Assembly: GCA_022711405.1 (NCBI GenBank)
Contig: JAKLFC010000005.1
Coordinates: 134,278-198,277, forward strand
Source of the DNA: Bacteroidota bacterium
GTDB taxonomy: Bacteria > Bacteroidota > Bacteroidia > Bacteroidales > JAGONC01
Direction: 5' to 3'
Length of the DNA: 64,000 nucleotides
Within the stretch, counting starts at the first letter, position 1, and each line of letters opens with the position of its first letter. The position numbers were made by a program, and so were the translations under genes. Below are positions 44,887 through 54,444 of the stretch, in pieces. The notes beneath the pieces were generated by a model. It had not been told where the DNA came from and made no database searches. It worked only from the letters and a program-made list of their open reading frames with translations.

Positions 44887-47800
44887 TCACTCCACTTCCC
44901 CGCTGCCTGCCGCAATCTCCTGGCTCCCCTCCTTACTGAACCAGACTGGCACTACGATCACCACCCGCGTTCCCGGATTGAAGGTCCCTGGCAAAGCTTC
45001 AGCGATGGATACGGAAGTCTCTATCCGGTACTTCCTTCCGATGATCTCCAGCCGCTTGAGCGTCATGGCCATACCCATGCGCAGGTGTGCCTCGCTGTTG
45101 GAAGTGTAGGTGGCCGCCCGTTTCATGCCGATGCCGTTATCCTCAACGGTGATCTGCAGCACATTTGGCTTTAGAAGCCGGAACAGGATACTGATCCTTC
45201 CCATTTCCTTCAGAGAGGAAAGGCCATGCCATACTGCATTTTCAGCGTACGGCTGAATGATCATGGACGGAATCCTCATCCGGAGCTCCCCAACGGTCTC
45301 ATCCTTTTCAATCACGTAGTCGAATTTGTTGCCCATGCGCAACCGCTCCAGGTCGAGGTAATTTCTGAGCCTTTCGATCTCGTCTTCCAGGCTGACCACC
45401 GGGGCGTTGATCGTGGTAATGTTCTGACGGATCAGCCTGGCAAATTTTAAAAGAAAGGTTCCTGCTTCGGCTGACCTGTTCTGCAGCAGGAAATTCTGGA
45501 TCGATCCCAGCACATTGAAGATGAAGTGGGGATTCATGATGGATTGCAGCGCTTTCTGTTCCAGAATGACCATCTGATGATCCAGTTCCCTGCGTCGTAT
45601 CTGGGCATTTTTTCTGAGAATGACACCAAGGGACAGCAGCCCCCCCCAGCAGGATCACTACGGCCAAAAGGAACAATGGATGACGCCAGAAGGTCGGCCT
45701 GACATGAAATGCAAATTCCACAGGCTCACTCCAGTCAGAAGAAGTCTTACGCACCCTCATCCTGAACGTATAATCCCCCACGGGAAGATTCTGATATAAC
45801 AGATCCGTTTCCTGTCCGGATGACCATTGTTTGTCGGCTCCTTCAAGCATATATGAATAGATCGCCGGGCTGTAGGAATAATTGATGCTACCCGGCTGGA
45901 TCTGGATCCTGCTACGGCCCCGCAGAACGATCCGCGAGTAGTCATGGGTTAGATCCCTGTCATTGATCTGGATCGAACGAAAGTATGGAAGTGGAGGTTG
46001 CGTGATGATGTCCTGTATCCCTGAGCAGGGGATGGCTGTCAGCCCGTCATCGCTGGCCACCCACAACCTGTCGTCATCAATGAGGATATCATGGATGTTC
46101 CGGAATTTAAGATCCAAGGGTTGTATATGAACCGTGTCTCCTGTCAGGATATTGAGTGGATTTTCGCAGGTAAAGATTTGCTGATTGGTTGTCAGAAATA
46201 GGTTCGGATGATGGTATGCCATGTTTCTGATCTGCAGTTCAGCCGTATGACCGAATCCCTTGGTCAGATTGAACAATTTCTTTTGATAAAACAGAAACAG
46301 GCTGTCACCTTCAATATTGAGCAATTCGACTGTATCGTTTAAAATGAGATGATCCGTAATGATCTTATTTTCGAAGCAGGATAATTCATCATAAACAATA
46401 AGACTGTCGTTCCTGTACAAATAATTTCTTTTTGCATTGACAAGTAACTCATCATTCGTGTTATACATGGTATTGTAGATCCTTTCACCCAGATATACCT
46501 GTTGTACTTGATGAAAGGGATCCAAAGGATCAAGAAAAATGATTGAATAGGTAGTATAGGCACTGACTTTATCCTTTGAATGATTTGCAATGATCTCCTT
46601 CATCGGTGAAGGATAGAGGTCAGATTCAAGGTAATTGATTTTTCGTGAAGCAGGATCCAGGCTGATTCCCCTGAGCGCATATTGATAGGCATTTTTCTCA
46701 CCCACGATCAGGGTGTTCATTTTGGTATGCAACAACTGATTGAAGGAGCTTCTGATATTTTGAAAATCAGTTGTATATAATTCATTGTCCTGCAGCAGAA
46801 AGACCGTTCGTCCGTTTGTACACCATATTCCATTCTCCGGATGATCGTCCAGCGTCAGGATCCCCATATCCTGGAACAGGCTGTTTTCGTGATGAGTATG
46901 CTGGTTGACATAGGGACTGATCTTATAAACTCCGTCTTTCAGTGAAGTGACCCAGATATTATTCTCATGGTCCTGTATCCCGGCCTGTCCCTCCCTGATG
47001 TCAATATGGCGGATGAAATTGCCGTTCCTGAAACAAAGAATTCCCTTATCGTAGGTCGAGATCCATAAAATACCATCGGAGGTTTCCCAGATACACATGA
47101 TCAGGAATGATCTTGATATTAAAGGTGTTGTTGCAGGATCGGGAATGAATCCATCCAGAAATTTTCTAATGACCCATGGATTTTGCTCGGTTTCTGTATG
47201 TAACTCACCGGTAATGACCCATGTATTTTGCTGAGAGCCCTGATAGATATTCTTGTAATTGAATGTATCGGTAACAAGAATGGGTTGATCGGCAAGGTTT
47301 TTCAGTGTATAAAGCCCGGCAATGGTCCAGAGATAAAATTCACCTGTGTTGGATTTTTTCATGTACCGGATCACCATTCCTTCACGGGGTATATTTCCTG
47401 GTTTAATATAAACGGTAACGCCCGGGTAGGTATATTTTGTTATTATATTTTGGGAATCAAGGGAATAGATCTCCGGTTGAAAATTGTAATAGAAGTAGAT
47501 CGTTTTATTTTCATCCTCGTAGAAGTCACGAAAAAAATCCTTGCTTCTTAATGAATCCAGAAAGGGCGTATTCTTCTCGTTATAAAGCGAGTCGTTATAT
47601 AAATAGTTCAGGGATGCATTCAGATTAAAGAACCAGATCCGGCCCCGGGAATCTTCTTTGATTTTTATCACATCGTTGCTGCTGAGACCATCCTTTTTGG
47701 TGAAATAATCGAACCTGGATCCATCGAACCGGGCCACGCCGGCATCCGTGGCAAACCAGATGAATTTCCGGCTGTCCTGATACACATGGTAAACAACATT

Positions 47801-47941
47801 TGAAGGCAATCCTTCTGTTGTTGTATAATGCTGAATATAAGGACTTTGCGCAGTGCCTCCAATGCTAAATAGAACCAGCAATACAAATAGTATGGTGAAC
47901 TCCTGTTTGCTGATTTTAAGGAAAGCACTCAATGTTTTCAT
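44887..47941 (-). pseudogene. Sensor histidine kinase (Reg_prop beta-propeller + Y_Y_Y domain + TM + LytS/YehU-type His_kinase + HATPase), reading frame broken at a G8 homopolymer
   Basis: ORF 45308-47941 encodes the propeller, Y_Y_Y (YSYMLEGADKQWS...YTFRMRV) and the TM start. ORF 44887-45573 in another frame encodes QKALQSIMNPHFIFNVL...QPYAENAVWHG. The frames join cleanly if the C8 run at 45640-45647 (G8 on the coding strand) is read as 7, giving LLGGLLSLGVILRKNAQIRRRELDHQMVILEQ. Confidence 0.8.
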
Positions 47942-48049
47942 GAAAGGAATTTACAGGGGTAAAGATAGCATTATTAACCAGCTTTTGATTCCCTTCTGAC
48001 AGGAATCTGTCTATCCTGCCATATGCCATCCCTGAAGGATTGAGATAAA

Positions 48050-48105
48050 TTTTGAATTTTGTAATTTGTAATTTGTTTGGAATTTGGTAATTGTATATTG
48101 GGATT
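48050..48105. repeat. Simple-sequence spacer (reverse complement of CCAAATT/ACAAATT words)
   Basis: The sequence is ttgaattttgtaatttgtaatttgtttggaatttggtaattgtatattgggattt. It is related to the AATTCCAAA spacer that hosts the IS at 55826-57420. Confidence 0.6.
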
Positions 48106-48249
48106 TATCACATTATATTATATCTCAGTGCATTTAAAGATTCCGTGATATTCCGGCATGATTTTTATGTGAAAAATCTCCCCGTTTGATTTTATTTTAC
48201 CTTTACGGGAAGTTACATCGCTTATCCTTTTATTAGATTTAAAATTGTT

Positions 48250-49557
48250 ATGATAATGAAAATGATTGTAAGACTGACTGTTGTATTATGCTTGCTGTTG
48301 GCCGCTCCCGGTATCCATGCCCAGATCAACATCGGGAAAAAGATCACGGATAAGGTCAAGGACCGTACCGTTCAGAAAACGGACCAGGCCATTGATAAAG
48401 GACTTGATGAAGTGGAAAAGGGTATCGAGAATCCCCAGGGTGAAGACCAGCAAAATCAACCCGCCACTACCACCGAAAAGAAGGAACAGCAAAAACCTGC
48501 CGAACAGCAGGCTCAGCCAAAAACAGAACCTGCCCCACAGGAGCAGCCCGCCCTGCAGACCTATTCCAAATACGATTTTATTCCAGGCGAAAAGGTGATC
48601 TTTTATGAAGATTTTAGCCAGGATGCCGTGGGGGATTTCCCTGCACTGTGGAACACCAATGGATCTGCCGAAGTGGTCACCACGAATTTGTTTCCCGGCA
48701 ACTGGATGAAATTCGATGGATGGGAGGCCATTTGGACGGATGCCCTACTTGACCTGCCCGATAATTTCACACTGGAGTTCGATGTGATCCCTGTGAAAGA
48801 TAATGAAGGTCATGTGCATGGATTTATGATGCGGTTGATGCAGGCTAAAAATGTAAAAGCATGGGATGGGGGTACAGCCCCGGGAAAAGGAGGATTTCAG
48901 TTCCATACTGATTATGGCAGGCCTTTTTACAGCACCTGGCTGTATGGTACAGAATGTGAGCAGTTGAAAATAGATGGTTACAAGGATGATGAAATGTACA
49001 AACAAAAAGTTGACCAGAAATATCACATGGCCATCTGGGTGCAGAAGTCCAGGCTTCGCTTATACCAGAATGAGTATAAAGTGTTTGATCTGCCAAAAGC
49101 TTTTCCGACTGGATGTGTAAAGCCCGACAGGATCAGGTTTGAAAATGGTGCCGCCATGGTGACCAACATCCGCGTGGCTGTCGGCGCCCCGGACACCAGG
49201 AACAAGCTTCTTACCGAAGGAAAATTAGTTACCTACGGCATCTATTTCGATGTCAACAAGGACATTGTGAAACCGGAATCCAATGGAACCCTGAAAGAAA
49301 TTGCCACTGTACTGACCGAAAATCCGGATGTAAGGATCAAGATCATCGGCCATACGGATTCCGACGGCGCGGATGCCTCGAATCTCGACCTCTCCAAACA
49401 CCGCGCTGCTTCGGTTAAAAATGAGCTCAGCAAGAACTTCGGCATTGATGCATCGCGTATGGAAACCGATGGCAAGGGAGAGACTGAGCCGGTCGCTCCG
49501 AATGATACTCCTGCTAATAAGGCGCTCAATCGCAGGGTTGAATTTATTAAGCTATAA
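48250..49557 (+). CDS. OmpA-family protein (C-terminal OmpA/peptidoglycan-binding domain)
   Basis: It has a signal peptide and a low-complexity Q/P/E/K linker. The C-terminus reads IIGHTDSDG...NLDLSKHRA..V...L......R....G.GE..P...N......N...NRRVEF. Confidence 0.8.
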   Translation: MIMKMIVRLTVVLCLLLAAPGIHAQINIGKKITDKVKDRTVQKTDQAIDKGLDEVEKGIENPQGEDQQNQPATTTEKKEQQKPAEQQAQPKTEPAPQEQPALQTYSKYDFIPGEKVIFYEDFSQDAVGDFPALWNTNGSAEVVTTNLFPGNWMKFDGWEAIWTDALLDLPDNFTLEFDVIPVKDNEGHVHGFMMRLMQAKNVKAWDGGTAPGKGGFQFHTDYGRPFYSTWLYGTECEQLKIDGYKDDEMYKQKVDQKYHMAIWVQKSRLRLYQNEYKVFDLPKAFPTGCVKPDRIRFENGAAMVTNIRVAVGAPDTRNKLLTEGKLVTYGIYFDVNKDIVKPESNGTLKEIATVLTENPDVRIKIIGHTDSDGADASNLDLSKHRAASVKNELSKNFGIDASRMETDGKGETEPVAPNDTPANKALNRRVEFIKL

Positions 49558-49572
49558 GGAACGTCATCTCTG

Positions 49573-49618
49573 CGCAAGCAGGAATGTCATCCCTGCGTAA
49601 GCAGGGACCTACCACCAC
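49573..49618. repeat. Tandem pair of ~23-nt units, each a short hairpin with a GNRA loop; likely a bidirectional terminator between convergent genes
   Basis: The units are gtcatctctgcGCAAgcaggaat and gtcatccctgcGTAAgcagggac. The stems are ctgc/gcag and cctgc/gcagg. Confidence 0.4.
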
Positions 49619-49637
49619 GATTAATGCATCAATATAC

Positions 49638-52415
49638 TTATTTCACGCACCGCACGCTGAATCCGTTTGTCTTATCGCTTGCAAAACGGCTGACACGTGC
49701 ATCATCGTAGTTCAGGTACCTGCTCCAGGCGGTTTGAGCATCATTCTGCGTGGATGACCAGAAGGTACCCAGTTCACCCATATCAAAGAAGCCCCCGTCA
49801 TAGATGTTCCGGTATCCGCCGGGAAGTCCCGTAAACCCGCTGCTGTTCGTGGCCCCCGTGTTGGGTTCTTCCCAGTGGTCCAGCCCGGCCTCCTTCATAT
49901 GGCCCCCCGCATCCAGGCCACACTTGCCCACTTTGTCCCATTCCGGATGACCTGCCGGATACTGGCTGTCGATGGTGCCTGTGAGCGTTTTCAGCTCACT
50001 GTCGGTGGGGATGTGCCAGTTGGGCGGGCAGATGCCACGGGTACCCTGCTGGGTGACATACTGCATGGCTTCAGGCCATTCGTACAGGGCTCCATAGGTC
50101 TCACACTGCACAGGATCGTTGTTGTAACAGTATTTCTCGATGAGATCGTTGTCCGTCTGCTGGTACCCCTCTTCATCGCTGTTGATCCTGGCTCCGATAT
50201 TGAGGTTCTCCGACATCCAGCACTGAGTTCCGACCTGCACGGTGGAATAGACCTGGCCGTCGCGGAAATCGGTGAGAGGATCCCCGCAGTTGAATACGAA
50301 ACTGATCATCACTGCATCCGTTGAGCTGCTGCAATCTGTGGTGATGGTCCATGTAAGGTGATAGGTGCTGTCGACAAGGCCCTGGAAGGTGCTTGCCGGA
50401 TTCGTGGTGTCCTGGATCGTTCCCCCGGTGCCGTTCACGATATGCCACACTCCGGTACCGTTGATGGGGGTGTTGGCAGCCAGCGTGGTCATGTTTCCCG
50501 GAACGTTAATCTGATCCGGACCGGCGCTGGCAGGAGTGGGCTGTGGTACACAGCCGCGTATGCATCGGATCGAATATCCCGAAGGAGGGTTGGCATAGCT
50601 GTAGCGTAAGATGCTTTTATGCTCAAAGTCGAGCAAACGCAGCACGATATAATTCGTGTCCACCCGCGAGGAAGTCCAGAAAAAGGCCGAACTGTCCTTT
50701 TCGATGAAAGAAGCCGTGGATTTATCCCTTCGTCCGCCGGGCAGGCCGGTAAAACCGTATATGTTGGTTGCGCCTGTATTGGGTGCAGCCCACATCACCG
50801 TGGTGGTATCCTTCAGGTTCCCCCCGGCATCCAGTCCCCGCCACCAGTCGTTATCCCAGACCGGATCGCCGGCAGCATACTGGCTGTCGGTAAATCCTTC
50901 GAGCACTTTCCATTCGAAGTCGGACGGGATGTGCCATCCCAGTGGGCAAATTCCCTGGCTGCTGGGAAGGGTGGCATACTGCATGGCTTCGCCCCACTGG
51001 TAAAGACCTCCGAAAAGGGTACAATTGGCGGTATCATTGTCATAACAAAACTTTTCGATGGTTCCATTGTTCGATTGTTCAATGGTTCCTGCGATCATGG
51101 CGCCCACGTTCAGGTTTTCCTTGAGCCAGCATTGATTGCCGATCTGGACCGTGTTATAGGTACGGCCTTCGAAAACGACTTCCTCGATGTCCTCACAGGG
51201 CAAGCCGAAGAGTTCCGCAAAGCTGATTTGGACAGTGTCGGCTGAGTTGCCGCATACGGTGCTGATGATCCAGGCCAGGGCATACTCGTTGCCCTGGATG
51301 CCCTGAAAGCCGCTAAGCGGATTCAGTGTGTCGGCGATGAATCCTCCGGTACCGGTAATGATACGCCAGACACCTGTGCCGCAATCGGGCGTATTTCCTG
51401 TCAGGAACGTATAGGTGTTCTGTACATCTATCTGGTCGGAGCCTGCGCTGGCCTGGGAAGGCTGCGGCACGCAGTTCTTCAGGCACCTTACCGAGAAGCC
51501 GTTTCCCTTCGGGGAGCTGCTTCGCGTCGCATCGTCGGTGGTATAGTACATATAACGGTCCCAGCCACTGGCAGCGTCGGCAGGGGAGGAGGACCAGAAA
51601 ATGCCATATTGCCCCAGGCCCGTAAACGAACCATCGGTGCTGATGCGGTATCCTCCTGCAAGGGCAGTGAATCCGCTGGAGTTCGTGGCTCCGGTGTTAG
51701 GAGCCTGCCAGTGGGTGAGGCCAGCTTCTTTCATCCTGCCTCCGGCCTCTCCCGCGCCACCGAGGAAGGTTGTCAGTACCGTGTAATCCATGTCGGTGGG
51801 CAGGTGCCATCCGGTGGGGCAGATGCCCTGCGCGCCGGCGGTTCCCTGGTATTTCATGGCTTCAGGCCACTGGTAAAGGCCACCGTAGCTGTTGCAATTA
51901 GCCAGAATATTACCATAGCAGTACTTCTCGATGGTTCCATTGTTCGATTGTTCAATGGTTCCTGCAATCATGTTACCCACGTTCAGGTTCTCCCTGAACC
52001 AGCACTGATCCCCGATCAGCACCGTGCTGTATGTTTTTCCGCCGTAGGAAACTGCAGGCGTGCCCGGGCATTGCATTCCCGGTGTTTGCAGGATGAGACT
52101 GGTGACAGAAATGACATCAAGGATGTTGATGATCCCATCTGCGTTCATATCGGTTGCTTCCAGGTCGAACGGATCGGGGCTGCCACCCATGATATAGCTT
52201 ACCATGGCAATGACATCCAGCACATTGACCTGGCCGTCTTCGTTGGCATCTCCAAAAATGGTGTATTCACATTCAGGAGGGGAGGGTGAGGGTTCAAAGA
52301 GGCTGGCCGCCTCTGAGCCCGGCACATCCAGGCACGACAGTGATCCATATATCCGGGTGGTGTATAGGGATAACACTACTGTCATAAATGCAATGAAAAG
52401 TAGCGAATTTTTCAT
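49638..52415 (-). CDS. Secreted protein with an N-terminal type-I-like dockerin and three Fibrobacter succinogenes major paralogous (FISUMP, TIGR02145-like) domains separated by Ig-like linkers
   Basis: It has a signal peptide. The dockerin duplicated segments are GDANEDGQVNVLDVIAMVSYIMGG and DMNADGIINILDVISVTSLIL (nt 52089-52256). Three units carry Y.TV.IG.QCW..ENLN...CY.N....C..YG.LY.W.EA....CP.GWH.P(T/S)D.E...L. Confidence 0.75.
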   Translation of the reverse strand: MKNSLLFIAFMTVVLSLYTTRIYGSLSCLDVPGSEAASLFEPSPSPPECEYTIFGDANEDGQVNVLDVIAMVSYIMGGSPDPFDLEATDMNADGIINILDVISVTSLILQTPGMQCPGTPAVSYGGKTYSTVLIGDQCWFRENLNVGNMIAGTIEQSNNGTIEKYCYGNILANCNSYGGLYQWPEAMKYQGTAGAQGICPTGWHLPTDMDYTVLTTFLGGAGEAGGRMKEAGLTHWQAPNTGATNSSGFTALAGGYRISTDGSFTGLGQYGIFWSSSPADAASGWDRYMYYTTDDATRSSSPKGNGFSVRCLKNCVPQPSQASAGSDQIDVQNTYTFLTGNTPDCGTGVWRIITGTGGFIADTLNPLSGFQGIQGNEYALAWIISTVCGNSADTVQISFAELFGLPCEDIEEVVFEGRTYNTVQIGNQCWLKENLNVGAMIAGTIEQSNNGTIEKFCYDNDTANCTLFGGLYQWGEAMQYATLPSSQGICPLGWHIPSDFEWKVLEGFTDSQYAAGDPVWDNDWWRGLDAGGNLKDTTTVMWAAPNTGATNIYGFTGLPGGRRDKSTASFIEKDSSAFFWTSSRVDTNYIVLRLLDFEHKSILRYSYANPPSGYSIRCIRGCVPQPTPASAGPDQINVPGNMTTLAANTPINGTGVWHIVNGTGGTIQDTTNPASTFQGLVDSTYHLTWTITTDCSSSTDAVMISFVFNCGDPLTDFRDGQVYSTVQVGTQCWMSENLNIGARINSDEEGYQQTDNDLIEKYCYNNDPVQCETYGALYEWPEAMQYVTQQGTRGICPPNWHIPTDSELKTLTGTIDSQYPAGHPEWDKVGKCGLDAGGHMKEAGLDHWEEPNTGATNSSGFTGLPGGYRNIYDGGFFDMGELGTFWSSTQNDAQTAWSRYLNYDDARVSRFASDKTNGFSVRCVK

Positions 52416-52631
52416 GATGATGATCTTTTTATAAATCGAACCATAAAGATACCGTTTTTTTATACGGAATTCAATTTTTTTGGTTTTTAAGAAATCGGCA
52501 CGCTATTGACCTGCCCTATTATTAATGAGCTTCGTTAAATAACTCCGGAGGTTCATTGATCTTTTGGCGGCCTTCATAAAATAAGTTAAACATCAGCAGG
52601 TTAAACGGTGCATACAGCCATTCGGGCTGGT

Positions 52632-52659
52632 TTTGCTAAATGATAATTACATATATTTG
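52632..52659 (+). promoter_or_regulatory. Promoter (-33 TTTG, -7 TATATTTG) for the kinase/activator pair
   Basis: TTTG at 52632-52635 and TATATTTG at 52652-52659 are 16 nt apart. The ATG is at 52678. Confidence 0.4.
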
Positions 52660-52677
52660 CTGTCATGTGTAGTGGCA

Positions 52678-54444
52678 ATGGAGAAGCACCCAACGGTCAG
52701 CAAATTACAGAAACGGGTAACCCATCTTGAAGAAACCCTGGAGCGGAGAACACAGGAACTGGTAGATGAAATGATCTACTCGGTGAGGTTTATTGAAGAT
52801 ATGGTTGTAAATTCACCCTACCTGGTGGCCATCACGGATGCGGATGGCAGAATCCAATTCGTGAATGAAGTGTTCATCCAAACCATGGGGTATTCGCTGG
52901 AAGAATTGCGGGGAAAGGTCAGGATCTTTCACAAGGGATACCCCGAAGATACGAAGGGCCTTCAGGAGATCAGCGAAGCACTGAGCAGGAACGAAGCCTG
53001 GAAGGGCGCTACGGAGGTGAAGACACGTGACGGAAGGATACTCACCCTCCGGGGGATCATTTTCACTGTGATGTCAGAAACGGGAATGCCCCTCAGGATC
53101 GCCATGTTCTATGATATCACCGGTGAACGGCAACGTGAAAACCTGTTCCGGATCCTTCATGAGATCGATTCCCTCAGCAATGTTTCTGTCACCCTGGATG
53201 CATCGCTCGAACTGGCGGGCAACTACCTGCATCAGATCGAATGGATCGATCTGTTCTCGATCCATTTGATGAACGAGGCGTCAGGTTATCTGGAAATGGT
53301 CTATTCCAGGGGGACATCAAAACAGTTCGAAAACACTGTCATGCAATACCCTGCATCCAGCAGGACCGTGGCTGATGTGATCGGACATAGGGCCACCTAT
53401 ATCGATCACACCCTGTTTGATCAGTTGGTGGATGAGAACTTAAAGGATGGTTTCAGGAAAGAAGGATTGCAATATATTGCCAGCATTCCGTTGATATACC
53501 AGGATAAAGTGATCGGAGCCCTTAATCTCGGATCCAAAAAAGATCACCCTCCTGATGAGCTCACACGCACCGCCCTGGAGGCGATCGCCTCCAAGCTGGC
53601 CACCCTGATCGCCCTGGTCAGGACCCGTCAACAGCTGGAGGAGACTACCATGGAGCTGAAAAAACACATCTATGAGCTGAACACCAAACAGCAGATGCTG
53701 ATCCAGAAATCCCGCCTGGAATCGCTCGGGGAATTGTCGGCCGGCTTCAGCCATGAGATCAACCAGCCGCTGGCCGTCATCTCGCTGGTGATGGAAAATA
53801 TACTCCACAGGGTCAGCGATGGCAAAGCAGGCAAAGTGTATCTGACCCGGAAGCTGAACACCATCAGCCAGAACCTTACTAAAATACAGCAGCTTATTGA
53901 TCATATCCGTATCTTCTCCCGCGACCAGGCCGTGTTGTCGCTCGATCGTCTCGACGTCAACGAACGGATCCACAGTGCCCTTTCGATGATGGGAGCCCAG
54001 CTGCGGAAGCACCAGATCCGCGTGATCACAGACCTGTGGAACGGTGAAGGCTATACGGTCGGCAATCCCTCCCGTTTCGAACAGGTGATCCTCAACCTGC
54101 TCACCAATGCCCGTGATGCCCTGGAAGAGAAAGGAAAGCTTCATTTTGGCAACATTCAGCCCAAAGAGATCCGGATCACCACTCAACCCAACGCGAAAAA
54201 GATCGAACTAAAAGTGTGGGATAATGGAATTGGCATTCAGCATGAAAACATTGACAGGCTCTTTGACCCGTTCTATACGACAAAATCCGGGGGGACAGGC
54301 CTGGGATTGCCCATTATTTATGGCATTGTCACTGAGATGCACGGTGAGATCACTGCCCGGTCAATCCCTGGCGAGTTCACGGAAATGACCGTCTTATTGC
54401 CATTTCATCATTCCAGGATCGAAGAAGGGAGCGCTGTGCCATGA
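52678..54444 (+). CDS. PAS/GAF sensor histidine kinase (HisKA + HATPase_c), cytoplasmic
   Basis: The PAS region is ITDADGRIQFVNEVFIQTMGYSLEEL, followed by a GAF-like middle region. The H-box is FSHEINQPL. The N, G1 and G2 boxes are NLLTNARDA, DNGIGI and GTGLGL. No TM segment. ATG 52678 is preferred over the in-frame TTG at 52633 because of the promoter position. Confidence 0.85.
   Translation: MEKHPTVSKLQKRVTHLEETLERRTQELVDEMIYSVRFIEDMVVNSPYLVAITDADGRIQFVNEVFIQTMGYSLEELRGKVRIFHKGYPEDTKGLQEISEALSRNEAWKGATEVKTRDGRILTLRGIIFTVMSETGMPLRIAMFYDITGERQRENLFRILHEIDSLSNVSVTLDASLELAGNYLHQIEWIDLFSIHLMNEASGYLEMVYSRGTSKQFENTVMQYPASSRTVADVIGHRATYIDHTLFDQLVDENLKDGFRKEGLQYIASIPLIYQDKVIGALNLGSKKDHPPDELTRTALEAIASKLATLIALVRTRQQLEETTMELKKHIYELNTKQQMLIQKSRLESLGELSAGFSHEINQPLAVISLVMENILHRVSDGKAGKVYLTRKLNTISQNLTKIQQLIDHIRIFSRDQAVLSLDRLDVNERIHSALSMMGAQLRKHQIRVITDLWNGEGYTVGNPSRFEQVILNLLTNARDALEEKGKLHFGNIQPKEIRITTQPNAKKIELKVWDNGIGIQHENIDRLFDPFYTTKSGGTGLGLPIIYGIVTEMHGEITARSIPGEFTEMTVLLPFHHSRIEEGSAVP

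Noticed and set aside
51609-52289. 226-aa plus-strand ORF inside the dockerin/FISUMP gene
   Set aside because: It is antisense to a reading frame with dockerin and three homologous domains, and it has no motif of its own.
52495-52512. Second TCGGCAC...ATTGAC sequence upstream of the kinase gene, possibly another sigma-54 promoter
   Set aside because: The spacing between GGCAC and TTGA is 4 nt instead of 5, which puts the -12 element out of register. It lies about 180 nt from the ATG, and a well-placed TAnnTTTG promoter exists at 52632-52659. I kept it only as a curiosity because of its resemblance to 57646-57662.
53440-54186. 248-aa minus-strand ORF antisense to the PAS/GAF kinase
   Set aside because: The plus-strand frame carries the H, N, G1 and G2 boxes. 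The antisense frame is featureless.
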